DNA of 62,982 bases, filler included, from Licmophora abbreviata (lineage: Eukaryota), in the NCBI GenBank assembly GCA_900291995.1. It is 12 parts of 12 records of this genome, joined end to end, with 100 filler letters (N's around TTAATTAATTAA, not from the genome) between each part and the next. Parts side by side here need not be neighbours in the genome. Positions count along the whole stretch, not along the records: positions 46,771 to 55,586 come from OLMU01001325.1; positions 55,687 to 58,638 come from OLMU01001326.1; positions 58,739 to 62,982 come from OLMU01001328.1; 9 more parts are not named here. One strand, written 5' to 3'. The notes below the pieces were generated by a model. It ran no database searches, was not told the DNA's origin, and saw only the letters and a program-made list of their open reading frames with translations. Of this stretch, positions 47,703 through 58,782 are shown piece by piece. The number at the start of each line of letters is the position of its first letter. Within the stretch, counting starts at the first letter, position 1. A program made the position numbers and the translations under genes.

Positions 47703-48824
47703 TTAGCCCATCTTAATTCTCTCATCAATGGAATCTGGAAGATCTTTTATGGTTGTAGCATCGACAAACACGGTCCACTTGTCTCGAGGTACTCCGGAAA
47801 ACGCTGCCTCCATGCGGGCATCATCTATGGGTGCTTCTCCGACATGCCGGATGCATATCACAGCAACTTGGTCTGCATACTTTCTTGCAATCTCCCCATA
47901 GACTTCTGGATCCTTTTCTCCCGAATCTCCCACTAGGATGAACTTTCGTCGAGGGAATCGATCCATAAGGGGAGCGATCTGTTCGATTTTGGTCAGTCGA
48001 GGGTCCTTAAACAAGTTTAAAATGCTCTTGTCTTTTGGGCGTATACTCTTGAGATGAAAGGTGGCATCAGGAAAGCTTTCACGTTGACAAAATTCTTGTA
48101 TTTCTTCGTACAGTTGCCAGGGACTCGACGACACGAAGTGAAAACTCGCCCCTATCTCCTCCTTCCATTTCGAATAGATTTGCGACATGCCTGGAACGGG
48201 CTTGAACTCTTCCAGGAAGGTATTTCGAAGGAGATTTTTGGTAGAGGTGACATTGGAGATCTTGATGGTGTCGTCAATGTCCGAAATGACAGAGACACCA
48301 TCATGGTCCAGGACATGAACGCACCCTCGAAACCGGCGTTCATCCGCCGCATCGATCTCCAAGGTAATCACAGAATCGACACCGCTGAGGTGCAGCTCAT
48401 CCTTAGGAACGACCAAGACATCACCAAAATGCCCGTTCTTGCTGGACGACGGCATCTTATGTAGTACATCCGCTTTCCCACGAGGACTTCTTCTTTCCGA
48501 TATACGCACGCGCGGTCGCTTCCACCTCTCATTGTCTACCAAGAACGGTTGCGCACGGCGCTTCAGTACCGCCTTGTCCTCACGACTCACATTAAACGCC
48601 TTGCGCAACATGGCCAAGAAGGCTCGGCGTTTCGAACTATCGCTTTCCGGTTCAAAGATCCAGCCATGAACTGGAATCTCATAGTGGGTCGTGTTGAAAT
48701 GGCGTCCCACCGTGGGGAACAAGACGACGCGCTCGTCTGAGGCGATGCGACCGGAAAAATACGAAGTGAACTTGGAAAAGGAAAAAAGCATGACAAAAGC
48801 AGGTGGTATTCGAGGGAACAGCAT
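47703..48824 (-). CDS. App1-family phosphatidate phosphatase (DUF2183)
   Basis: VISDIDDTIK, PVPGMS, FVSSSPWQLY, FILVGDSGEKDPEVY. Confidence 0.9.
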   Translation of the reverse strand: MLFPRIPPAFVMLFSFSKFTSYFSGRIASDERVVLFPTVGRHFNTTHYEIPVHGWIFEPESDSSKRRAFLAMLRKAFNVSREDKAVLKRRAQPFLVDNERWKRPRVRISERRSPRGKADVLHKMPSSSKNGHFGDVLVVPKDELHLSGVDSVITLEIDAADERRFRGCVHVLDHDGVSVISDIDDTIKISNVTSTKNLLRNTFLEEFKPVPGMSQIYSKWKEEIGASFHFVSSSPWQLYEEIQEFCQRESFPDATFHLKSIRPKDKSILNLFKDPRLTKIEQIAPLMDRFPRRKFILVGDSGEKDPEVYGEIARKYADQVAVICIRHVGEAPIDDARMEAAFSGVPRDKWTVFVDATTIKDLPDSIDERIKMG

Positions 48825-49282
48825 GGTTTAGAGACTAGACAACAGCACTAATGGAGCAACAACAACGGTGCAGTCATGTGGCGCCAATGATCCAACGATG
48901 TGGACAAGTTTCGTTCGAAGTGCGCCATCGCGCGTGGTCGCGCTGTGAGAGCTCTCGCCAAACAGTTTTACGAGCTCTTTTTCTGCGGTCTGCATGATGG
49001 TCGACGAGAGCTAAAGTGGACTCGACGCGACTCACTCACACTTACTCTGTTCGATTCATTCAACGGCCGATGCTGATCTGAAGCATGGAGGGACAGAACT
49101 GGAAGCATAGAAGAGCGGTCGACTGGCGACACTGGTAATTATTGAATCGAGAACAGTTTTCTTGTTGCTTCACTCTACTACGACAACTAGTAGAAGACCC
49201 GCCGAAGATGTCAACCTAAGTTCCAATCATAAGTCTCTTTACTGTTCACATCGCGATTTTTCTTGTACTTTTCATCTACTAG

Positions 49283-52034
49283 CTAGTTTGCTGACACGCC
49301 TCTTATCAGAGCAATGCGAACCTCGGCGGCTCTCAAAGCAGCGAGGACAGGATTGCTCCTGTCTCGCGTTCCAATCTGCTCGCGTAGCGAGGCATCATCC
49401 ATCGATACAACCTGTACAAAATGGTTCACCAGAGGATGCGGGTGCCCCGATACGCCAAGCGCTGATAGCACGTTGATAAGATAATTTAAATCCGCAGCGA
49501 GGTGATCACATCCCTTGGCAGTGAGCTGCTGGATTCTAAGGATGCGCTCCAGCAACCGCCCTGTGACCGCCAGACTGACCACATCAAGCCAGGAATTGCA
49601 GAACTTGGCAGATTCATCATCCTCTTCACCCTCTTCCAAATCTTCGTCTTCCTCCGCCAGGCTGCCAGTAATGACATAGCCATCGAGCTCTTTTCCGTTC
49701 ATGAGAGTCTCCAGCACGCCCATCGAGTCACTTGCCCCAGCAGCCGCCAGGAACTCGTGCCATGGCTGATGCGCAACTGACTTGACTCCCCCCATGACTT
49801 CTTTGGCAAGCTCCAGTGCGGCTGTGTCGGACGCAAACGGCTCCAGAGCCTGAACTAGGGCTAGCATATGTTCGCCCACCTGCGTAATGTATGACTGAGG
49901 GAGAGTCCCGTACGAGTCCAAGCTCACAGCCCCTGACGACTCGGTCCAGGCCGTCATGGTAGACATTCCGTTCAGCTGTTGTCGTGGAACCGCCGAGCAT
50001 ATATCGAAAACGAACGAATGACAACTGCTCGCAAGCTTCGCTACACTGTCCTCCGATTCCGGATAGAGGGCCACCGGGCTATCGACCGATGCAAGTCGCT
50101 GGAGGACAGAAAGCGTGGCATCGGTTTCCGCATCGCTCGAGTCCGCCCACACCGCCTTGGTTAGCATCGAGTCCACCTCAACGACCGACAAGGAGTCGGG
50201 AAGCAAGAAGGATGAGCTTTTGGAAGCTATTGCTTCCTGTAACTCCTTCTCTTGGGCCTGAGAGGCAGACATTCGCTCAGTCAGGAGCCCGATGCGTTCC
50301 CGCGTCTTGCCTTCAAATGTCCTAAGATCTCGAAGGAACGTCCCTGCCACCTTGAGTACCTGTAGTGCACAAAGGACATGCTGTTCATCAAAGTTTTCAG
50401 CCAAGTGGTTCTCATCGGCGGTCATCGTGGCCGACAATGTCCGCACGGCAATCGCGAGCTCACCCGCGTGACTCGAGAGCAACTTGTCGACCGTGGACAA
50501 GGCCTGGTTGGGTCGGTATCCGCCATTGAGCAGCTCAAAGCGTCCAATGGCACCCTCTGCAAGAGGAAATATGAACGGCGACAAATCTTGAAGACGCTCA
50601 GTGGCATCCTGAAGCGTCGACAAAGAGGTCGTAGCAGAGCGAGCCGCTTGCTGGATATCCTTGGCAATCAGTTGACGAGCGACGCCGGAGTGCTTTTCTT
50701 CCAGGGACGGAAGACGCTCCTGAAAGCTGGCAAAAGGCGAGGCAATCTGCAAAACGACCGCGGTTACATCCTCGTACTGCGATTGGGCACTGACGGACGT
50801 AGTCTCTGCCACATCCAACCAACTGCCCGCGACGGACTCGTAGGCCAACGACAAAAACTCCAGAGTAGCCTCGTACACTGCGCAGATCGACTGGAGAGAT
50901 CCACTTTCTTGAGAGGAATAGAGTGAATCGAGGCGGCTCTGGAATGACGACAGAATCGGCCGAAAGCACTCATACAGGACCTGCAAAGCCATAAAGAAAC
51001 GTCATTCCAGTCAGCATCGAACACACTAACATGTATGCCATTGCCGGACACAAATACACACCTTTGTAATCATTCCGGGAGCTAGATCTGGCCCAAAGAC
51101 GGCGTAGCTTTGACGCCGTTCCTCGGCGAGAAGAGAGAGGACCGCATCGAACCAGATGGGCAAGAACGTGACAAGCGACGGCGGTGTAGCACCCTCTTTT
51201 TCCTCCGCCTCATCTCCTTGCTTATCGTACGACGGAGTGTAAGAGAACCACGCCTTATGAATCGACCCAGGCCGATTCTTGACATATTCCTCTTGCAATG
51301 TCTCCATGGTACCCAGAGCCGAGTACAAGGATACGCATTGCTGGAGAGGTGCCAGCCGCGTATGCATGTTTTGCAGGGCGTGCTTGAGCTGCGGCTGGAG
51401 CAACACCTGAATCTGCGATCGGGTTTTGGCAATGGCCTCCTGTCGCTCTCGTTTCCCCGATGGCATGCCACGAAGGGCGCGTTCACCCGATTCCAACTGT
51501 GCCAGTGCCGACACAGCCTCAGTCAAATTCTGCTGTGCAAGAAGCGGCGCAATTGACGACAGGGTGCTATCCCAGGTTGCAGCAGCCTGAAGGATCTCCT
51601 TGGTTCGACCTAGATTCGTGCGCAGCGCATGCAGTGTACTGAGTGTCTCCATCGACGAGGAGACCTCGTCGCTCGTTGTCGAGTGGGTTGCATCGAGCAG
51701 TGCAGCGGCATCAATCTTCATTCCTTCCAGTCCCACGCCGACACGACCCACATCGGCAGCACAACGAGGCAAAATAGCCTGAAGCTCTGCCCCAATCCGA
51801 CCTATGTCTTCATGACACGCTTGCGTCTGCAGCTGAAGCTGCAGGGCGAGCTCGGCCATGCGGCGCTGAATCTCGTCGCCGTCATCCTGTGGCTGTCCTT
51901 TCAGAGCCAGGTTCAAATAGGAAGCCACGGTAAACTGAGAGGAGTTCAACAAGGAGGATAGACGCTCCTCGAGAGTCCCGGAGGCAGCCGTGCCGCGGCT
52001 AGAGGGTGGCGCTGGGAAGATCGTTGGTCGTCAT
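49283..52034 (-). CDS. COG7: Conserved oligomeric Golgi complex subunit 7 (intron 51061-50981; probable frameshift ~52005 near the start)
   Basis: FTVASYLNLAL..LQLQ..LPR, PQSYITQVGEHMLALVQALEPF, LAADLNYLINVLSALG. Confidence 0.85.
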
Positions 52035-52241
52035 GGTCGACGAGGATGACCATGGTTTTCCTCGCACGCAGAGTGACCTGATCGACTCGACTCACTCGAC
52101 TATTTCGAATTTACTTATCTCCTTTGTAATTATGACGTGGCAGCGCTCCTAGTCATAACAAAATATGTCGCATACGAGCCCCCCAAACCTTTTCAGTTTG
52201 GAATTCGATCCACGATCTGCCCCACTCATGCTTGTTGGACC

Positions 52242-53591
52242 ATGGCGACCCCTGCTGCCGGCCCTTCCGAGTCAACTCCATCCTTGGAGTGGTCTACTGA
52301 CCCGTCAGACTACCGACTTGTCGGTAAAATCGGCCAGGGAGCATTTGCTTCGGTCTGGAAAGCAAAATGTACGAGCGGACACGAGTGTGCCGTCAAGGTG
52401 CTGAATCTGGACAACGTCGACAGTAATCTGGCAGACATTCGACTCGAAGTACAGGCCATGCGACTATCATCTCATCCTAATGTACTGACATGTCACACAG
52501 CTTTCGTGAAAGACATTAACCTCTGGCTGGTCACTCAGCTCATGCGCAAAGGAAGCTCCCTACACAGCATTCAGACCGCCCGAAAGAAACTACGTCGCGA
52601 GAACCGCTCCATCCCCATGGAACCCCACCTCACATATATTCTTCACGAGACACTGCTGGGTCTACAGTACATCCATGACAATGGTCAGATTCATCGTGAT
52701 GTGAAAGCTGGAAATATCTTATTGGACAGCAATGGTGACGTGAGAATTGCCGACTTTGGTGTTTCGGGCTGGCTTGTGCACAGCGGAAGTCAACAGGAGA
52801 AGGCCAAGACGTTTGTCGGTACGCCCTGTTGGATGGCACCGGAAGTGATGGAACAGATCCATGGGTATGATTACAAGGCGGATTTATGGAGTTTAGGAAT
52901 TACTGCCTTGGAACTCGCAAAAGGATATGCGCCTTACGCGCGGTATCCTCCCATGAAGGTGCTGATTCTCACGATACAAGAAGATCCACCATCGCTTCAA
53001 ACGTACGATGTGGAGGACGACCACGACGATGATGAGTTGGATGGAGATGATGGCGAACAGTGGTCACGCGCCTTTTCCAATTTGATTGATACTTGTTTGC
53101 AGAAGAATCCCTCGAAACGGCCGACGTGTGCTGAGCTACTGCAAAGCAAGCACTTCTACGCCCTCTCTCATGACGAGTCACAAAGGGAATCTTGTCGAGA
53201 GAAAATGAAGACGGAAATCTGTGATGTTGTAGAAGACGTTGGAGCCGCTGACTCGACGACCAGTCAGCTGGGTTCCTTCCCAGGGAATGCCCCCGTCTCA
53301 ATTGTCCTGTCGGAAAGTGAGAATCGCCCGGCGGGAACAACCTGGGTGTTTGCAGATGGCTCTCAAGTTCTGGCATCATCTTCTAATCATGGCGGCGGTT
53401 CTGTTGAAGACGTGATTGATGAGCTTGACGCCTTTGAACGACAAACAGGTGGTGAGAACTATGCTCGCGACAACGATGCCACGACCAAGACAGCGCCGAG
53501 CGGCAACAACAACGACGCGGATGACCTGGACGACTTTATGGATGAGTTTGAAAAGACAACAGCCGGAGAGAACTTTCGGAATCCAACTTAA
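52242..53591 (+). CDS. STE20-family Ser/Thr kinase (OSR1/SPAK/BLUS1-like)
   Basis: IGQGAFASV, AVK, HRDVKAGNIL, DFGVS, TFVGTPCWMAPE, ALELAKGYAPYARYPPMKVL. Confidence 0.93.
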   Translation: MATPAAGPSESTPSLEWSTDPSDYRLVGKIGQGAFASVWKAKCTSGHECAVKVLNLDNVDSNLADIRLEVQAMRLSSHPNVLTCHTAFVKDINLWLVTQLMRKGSSLHSIQTARKKLRRENRSIPMEPHLTYILHETLLGLQYIHDNGQIHRDVKAGNILLDSNGDVRIADFGVSGWLVHSGSQQEKAKTFVGTPCWMAPEVMEQIHGYDYKADLWSLGITALELAKGYAPYARYPPMKVLILTIQEDPPSLQTYDVEDDHDDDELDGDDGEQWSRAFSNLIDTCLQKNPSKRPTCAELLQSKHFYALSHDESQRESCREKMKTEICDVVEDVGAADSTTSQLGSFPGNAPVSIVLSESENRPAGTTWVFADGSQVLASSSNHGGGSVEDVIDELDAFERQTGGENYARDNDATTKTAPSGNNNDADDLDDFMDEFEKTTAGENFRNPT

Positions 53592-53962
53592 TGGTCGGCT
53601 TTCTACATATAAGCAAACGCGTTGTCGTTGGACTGTACTCGTATGACGATATCGGAGGTACCAGACACGAGCATCATAGGTCTAGCAACATCCAGCATGC
53701 CTTTCTGCGTGCTTTCGGACCAAAAACGAGGTGACGGCCAGACTGACTCATTTGTTCTGGCGCCATACTCACAACGATTTCAAAGGTTCCTCATACGTAA
53801 ACGTTCGAAGTAAACTTGCTCAACGAAATCGAGGTTGAAGGAATCTTAGATTCGCGTCTTTGCAACCGTTCATCCGTGATGCAGATCGCGACATCGCGAC
53901 ACACAACATCGAACATGGAGATACTCGACTGAGCGAACGTACGCGCCGCTATACCCTTAACC

Positions 53963-55551
53963 ATGACGGACTTATGCGAAGCAGCCATCCTAAAACACTT
54001 GTCATCTTCTGAGGCGATTGAGGATACCTTCCCATGGGCTCAAGAATTAACGCTGGACCACGAGACGGTGGTGGGAGCTGTCAAGAGCCTGCTGGCCGAC
54101 GAGTACATCGTGGCGACCGACTTGTCCTCTAGCTTCTACACGCTATCCAAGGAGGCACTCACGATTTTGACTAATGGATCGCAAGAAATGATTGTATTGA
54201 AAGCTCTGGTGGAAGCGGGGAAACTAAGTATGAAGGACCTACAGGAAAAGGTCGGAAAAGACGTGTCGAAGATCGGCATGGGAAACTGTATGAAGAACAA
54301 GTGGGTCAAGAAGGACGGAGCCGACCTGGTACCAATGAAGAACCTGGACGAAGTCAGAGACGAAGTTCGAGAGGCACTTAAGACTCTTCAAGATGCGAGC
54401 GGCAACCCAGAGGCAGTTGACGACAAGGTGAGACCGCAGACGTGTCTTGGTTAGTTTGCTGCGTTGATCGCCGACGTTCACCTTGATTTCCCCCTTCGAC
54501 ACCATGAAAGGTTATTTCGGGTCTGAAACGAAGAAAACTCATCTCCCTGGTCACTCGTAAGTCACACAAGCTCACTAAAGGACCTGCATACCAGCCTACT
54601 CGTGTCAAAAAGGCGGCAGACTTGACCAAGGAGATGTTGGACTCGGGCGCGTGGAAGACTACACCGTTCAAGCCATACAACTTTCAAACGCTCGGAGAAA
54701 AGGTTGGCGGTGGATACCTGCATCCTCTTCTCAAGGTCCGAACGGAATTTCGAAAGATCCTGATGGAAATGGGATTCCAAGAAATGCCCACGAACAAGTG
54801 GGTCGAATCCTCCTTCTGGAACTTTGACTCGCTTTTTCAACCCCAATCGCACCCGGCTCGTGATGCACACGATACCTTCTTTATCAAGGAACCTGCCAGT
54901 ACCGTGTCAGTGCCAGAGGATTACTATGAGCGTGTCAAGTCAATGCACCAAACGGGTGGCGCTGGATCGATCGGATATCGTTATGACTTCAAGAGAGAGG
55001 AGGCCTTCAAGAACTTGTTGCGGACTCACACGACGGCTGTTTCATCTCGCATGCTGTACAAGCTTGCCAATCAGGAAGGCGGATTCAAACCGCAGCGATA
55101 CTTTTCGATCGATCGAGTTTTTCGTAATGAGACAATGGACGCGACGCATTTGTGCGAATTCCATCAGGTAGAGGGCCTTGTTGCCGACTACGACCTCTCC
55201 CTCGGAGACTTGATTGGGACGATTGAGACTTTCTTTCGGAAGATTGGAATAACGCAGTTGCGCTTCAAGCCAGCATTCAACCCGTACACGGAGCCGTCGA
55301 TGGAGGTCTTTGGGTATCATCCGGACTTGAAAAAATGGACAGAGATCGGGAACTCGGGAATGTTCCGTCCGGAGATGTTGGTTCCGATGGGTCTGCCTGA
55401 AAATGTGCGTGTAATTGCATGGGGTCTGTCCCTGGAACGGCCAACCATGATCAAGTATCGAATCAAGAATATTCGTGATCTCTTTGGGCACAAGGTGGAA
55501 ATGGCTCGTACTCGAACTGCTCCCATCTGCAGATTCGATTCTGCAGCGTAA
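53963..55551 (+). CDS. FARSA: Cytosolic phenylalanyl-tRNA synthetase alpha subunit (intron 54428-54510)
   Basis: [71 protein letters not shown]. Confidence 0.97.
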
Positions 55552-55726
55552 TCGTAACAAAGTGACTTTATATGTAGAAATTACAANNNNNNNNNNNNNN
55601 NNNNNNNNNNNNNNNNNNNNNNNNNNNNNNTTAATTAATTAANNNNNNNNNNNNNNNNNNNNNNNNNNNNNNNNNNNNNNNNNNNNTTCGAATTCGAGGG
55701 GCGCCACAAATTGAATTTACGACACG

Positions 55727-57745
55727 ATGATGACGACGACGATGAGCAGTCGCAAGAATACAAGAATGAACAACCTTCCATCCTACCAGCACGCCCCTGC
55801 TGTGACTACCTTTGCTGATACTGTCGGGATCACGAGCGCGACGGCGACAAGGTTTGGTGGATGGCAACGACTGTTGTTCTTGGGGTGCGGGGCCATCTTG
55901 CTCACCACCTGGGCTTCTCATGTCAATTTTCCTACTTCGCAACCGACTATGAGCATACTGGCTGCAGACGAGACCGCGTCTTCTTCTGTTCTTCTTCTAG
56001 GAAAGAGCAAGGACAATAGTGATAGCGAGGATTGCAAGGGGAAGTGTAAGAGGCAATCCACTGAGGCCGCAAGTAGCGATAGCAGTCACGAACGGCATGA
56101 GGCAAAGAAACAAGCCAAAGCAAAAAGGAAGCAGGAGAAGCAAGACGAAAAACAGCAAGAAAAGGAAGAAAAGAAACGTAAAAAGGAAGAAGGGAAAGAA
56201 GTGAAGCAAGAGGAGAAGGCCAAAGCAAAGGAAAAGAAAGAACAAAAGAAGGAGGAAGCGAAGGAAGCGAAGGAAGCGAAGGAAGAGAAAGAACGAAAGA
56301 AGGCGGACAAGCCACCCCACCAGCACTACCCTTTCTCTCTGTTCAAGTCTCTTATGGATCTTGACAGCAAGATTGATGGCGATATTTACTTTCCATGGAA
56401 CTGGACGGAATGGAAGGATGTGAAGCACGTTTGGAACATGATCGCCAAGAGTCCCCTCGTTGTCATCCAGGTCGAACACGAGAAAGACGTACAGCTGACC
56501 GTGCCCTTGTTGGCGGAGCTAGAGGTGAACTACAGCTTCCCCTTTCGAATCGCGTCAGGCGGTCACAATTACGCCGGGTACAGTAGTGCTGCCGGAGGGG
56601 CAACTCTTTCTCTATCACGCATGAACTCCACATCCTTGTCCGACTTCAACGACGACGCCGGAACTGCGATTGCCACAGTAGGCCCAGCTACCACAGTCCA
56701 GAATGTATTGGACGACATTCTTATCCCTCATGGATACAGTGGTGTATTGGGACTTTGTGGTGGTGTGGCTGAATCAGGCTTCGCTCTAAATGGCGGGTTC
56801 GGATACCTTTCGCGACTCTATGGACTAGGCCTCGACAGTGTCCACAGTTTGCGGATCGTCATGGCCGATGGTAATGTAGAGACAGCGTCCGCCACGAAGA
56901 ATCCGGAACTCTTTTTCGCCCTACGTGGGGCTGGTGGCGGTAACTTTGGCGTTGTGACGGAGATTCAGTACTTCATGCACAAGTCGCAGGACACGCAGCT
57001 TACCGGCACAGCCTCCATGGCGTACGAAGACTTGGGCTCCTTCTTCCAGGTGCTGGGTGAGAACGACAAGGATATTCCAGGAGAAATGATGGCCTATTTT
57101 GAAACCGCAGATGGGCCGGAAGTGCTGGTGAGCTGGTTTGGTCCGAATGCCCTTAGTCTCGAGGCAGGAAAGAAATATTTGGAGGAAGATATTCCGGCGA
57201 TGATGCCTTTCAACGTAACCGTGGAAGTGGAGCCTGTCTCGTGGACAGAATCAACCCGGGCAGCAGGAAACCTGGAAGGGCACTTGGTCCAAGCCTGGAC
57301 CGGATTCTTATACGCGGACAATAACACTCTCGTCACGTGGAACGATATCATGAACACGGTCTTAGCGGGGATCGAAGCGAGCGAATATCTGATTCCCGAC
57401 ATCGAACAGTGGGGCGGGGCTATAGGTTCGACTGCGTCCAGCGCGACTGCGTTTCCCCACCGAGATGCGCTTTTCAATGTCGGTGTGCTCCTCATGGTCC
57501 CGAAGAGTCTCGCAAATGCGACAGAGGTGTACGAAGATGAAGTCAAGAAAGTCAGTGTATGGTGGCCTTCGGTCGCTCGGTATACGGAAGGCGTGTACTT
57601 GAACTATCAGATGGAAAGCTTGAATGCGACCGAGTATCCTCGGCAGTACTGGGGGGCCAACTTGGACCGTCTCATTGCTCTGAAGAACAAATACGATCCC
57701 AAGAATTCATTCAACTTTCCACAGAGTCTCCCTCTCGCGGCTTAA
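55727..57745 (+). CDS. Berberine-bridge-enzyme-like FAD-linked oxidase with N-terminal TM and Lys/Glu-rich linker
   Basis: ASGGHNY (covalent FAD His), GLCGGV, GGFGYLSRLYGL, LFFALRGAGGGNFGVVT, YLNY..YWGANLDRL..KYDP. Confidence 0.9.
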   Translation: MMTTTMSSRKNTRMNNLPSYQHAPAVTTFADTVGITSATATRFGGWQRLLFLGCGAILLTTWASHVNFPTSQPTMSILAADETASSSVLLLGKSKDNSDSEDCKGKCKRQSTEAASSDSSHERHEAKKQAKAKRKQEKQDEKQQEKEEKKRKKEEGKEVKQEEKAKAKEKKEQKKEEAKEAKEAKEEKERKKADKPPHQHYPFSLFKSLMDLDSKIDGDIYFPWNWTEWKDVKHVWNMIAKSPLVVIQVEHEKDVQLTVPLLAELEVNYSFPFRIASGGHNYAGYSSAAGGATLSLSRMNSTSLSDFNDDAGTAIATVGPATTVQNVLDDILIPHGYSGVLGLCGGVAESGFALNGGFGYLSRLYGLGLDSVHSLRIVMADGNVETASATKNPELFFALRGAGGGNFGVVTEIQYFMHKSQDTQLTGTASMAYEDLGSFFQVLGENDKDIPGEMMAYFETADGPEVLVSWFGPNALSLEAGKKYLEEDIPAMMPFNVTVEVEPVSWTESTRAAGNLEGHLVQAWTGFLYADNNTLVTWNDIMNTVLAGIEASEYLIPDIEQWGGAIGSTASSATAFPHRDALFNVGVLLMVPKSLANATEVYEDEVKKVSVWWPSVARYTEGVYLNYQMESLNATEYPRQYWGANLDRLIALKNKYDPKNSFNFPQSLPLAA

Positions 57746-57923
57746 GGCAGAATCCGAATGGCGACAATCTGCATTGCAAGGCTAGAAAGTCGTTGTAGTC
57801 ATCGATCTAGGAGCCTACAAGGTAACAGTGGCTCGATAACCTAGCCAACAAGCCTTGGGGAGTTCGTAACGATTTAATTTAAACCGCTCTGCGTGACCCC
57901 ATCAATAAGGCAGTCGATCTTGA

Positions 57924-58638
57924 CTATTCATCTTCGACGTAGGCACCGATTCCGCCCCGCCAAATTGCCCCCCTCACCGTGACGCCCAGCCGTTCCATTT
58001 CCTCACGTACCTCTTCGACGGGAGGCTCATACTCAATCGCCCCAATTTCCGCTAGCCACTCCATAAGACGCCCCGTATGCCACTCGTCAGGTTTGGCGGG
58101 GTCTTTTGCCAATCCCTCAAATCCCGTAAGCCTATCTGTCAATTTTCCGTCGCGGAATACCAGCAACGACGGGAGCGTGGAGACACGAAGTCTCGCGACA
58201 AAGAATGGAGCCTTCTCCGCATCAATTCGAACAAACTTGCAGGTTGTATGCTGTTCTGCAACAATCTTCAAGTGGTGGTCCATGATTTTGCATCTCTCAA
58301 ACTCTTTGTGGAAGAAGTGAACGGCGACCCATTCAGATGATCCAGTACATTCCGTCAGAAAGTCATCTTGGGCAATCGTTCGATACTGCCCATGTCCTCG
58401 GGCGATGTTTTCCGCATGCTGTTTCTGTTGATGCTTGAGTTGCAGTAGTCGCTGTTCTCGAATCGCTTCTAGAGCAGGGTCGTCGCCGTCTAACCAGTCA
58501 TCATCCGAATCATCATCATCCGAATTGTTCGACTGCTGCTGCAGCTTGAGCTGCCGAGCACGATCATTTTCTTTTTCTTGATCCTGCTGAAGTTCCAGTC
58601 GACGCTGCCTCTCTCGCTGAGCGTTCTCGTGTTGCAGT
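57924..58638 (-). CDS. Phosducin-like / TXNDC9 (PhLP3) protein; 5' end in gap
   Basis: Frame is open from the gap: IREQRLLQLK..GHGQYRTI..FL..VAVHFFH..ERCKIMDHHL..KFVRIDAEKAPFFV..LPSL. Confidence 0.88.
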
Positions 58639-58782
58639 NNNNNNNNNNNNNNNNNNNNNNNNNNNNNNNNNNNNNNNNNNNNTTAATTAATTAANNNNNN
58701 NNNNNNNNNNNNNNNNNNNNNNNNNNNNNNNNNNNNNNCGCTGGCGGTCGGGTACTATCTTGGAAGCATCGAACGAGAATCT

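Noticed and set aside
26976..58638. Prefoldin-3, UXT-like and PhLP3 as a chaperone cluster
   Set aside because: They are widely separated housekeeping genes, compatible with chance.
12511..58694. Recurring TTAATTAATTAA as a biological repeat or CRISPR-like array
   Set aside because: It is always centred in N44 blocks and is an artificial six-frame-stop linker.
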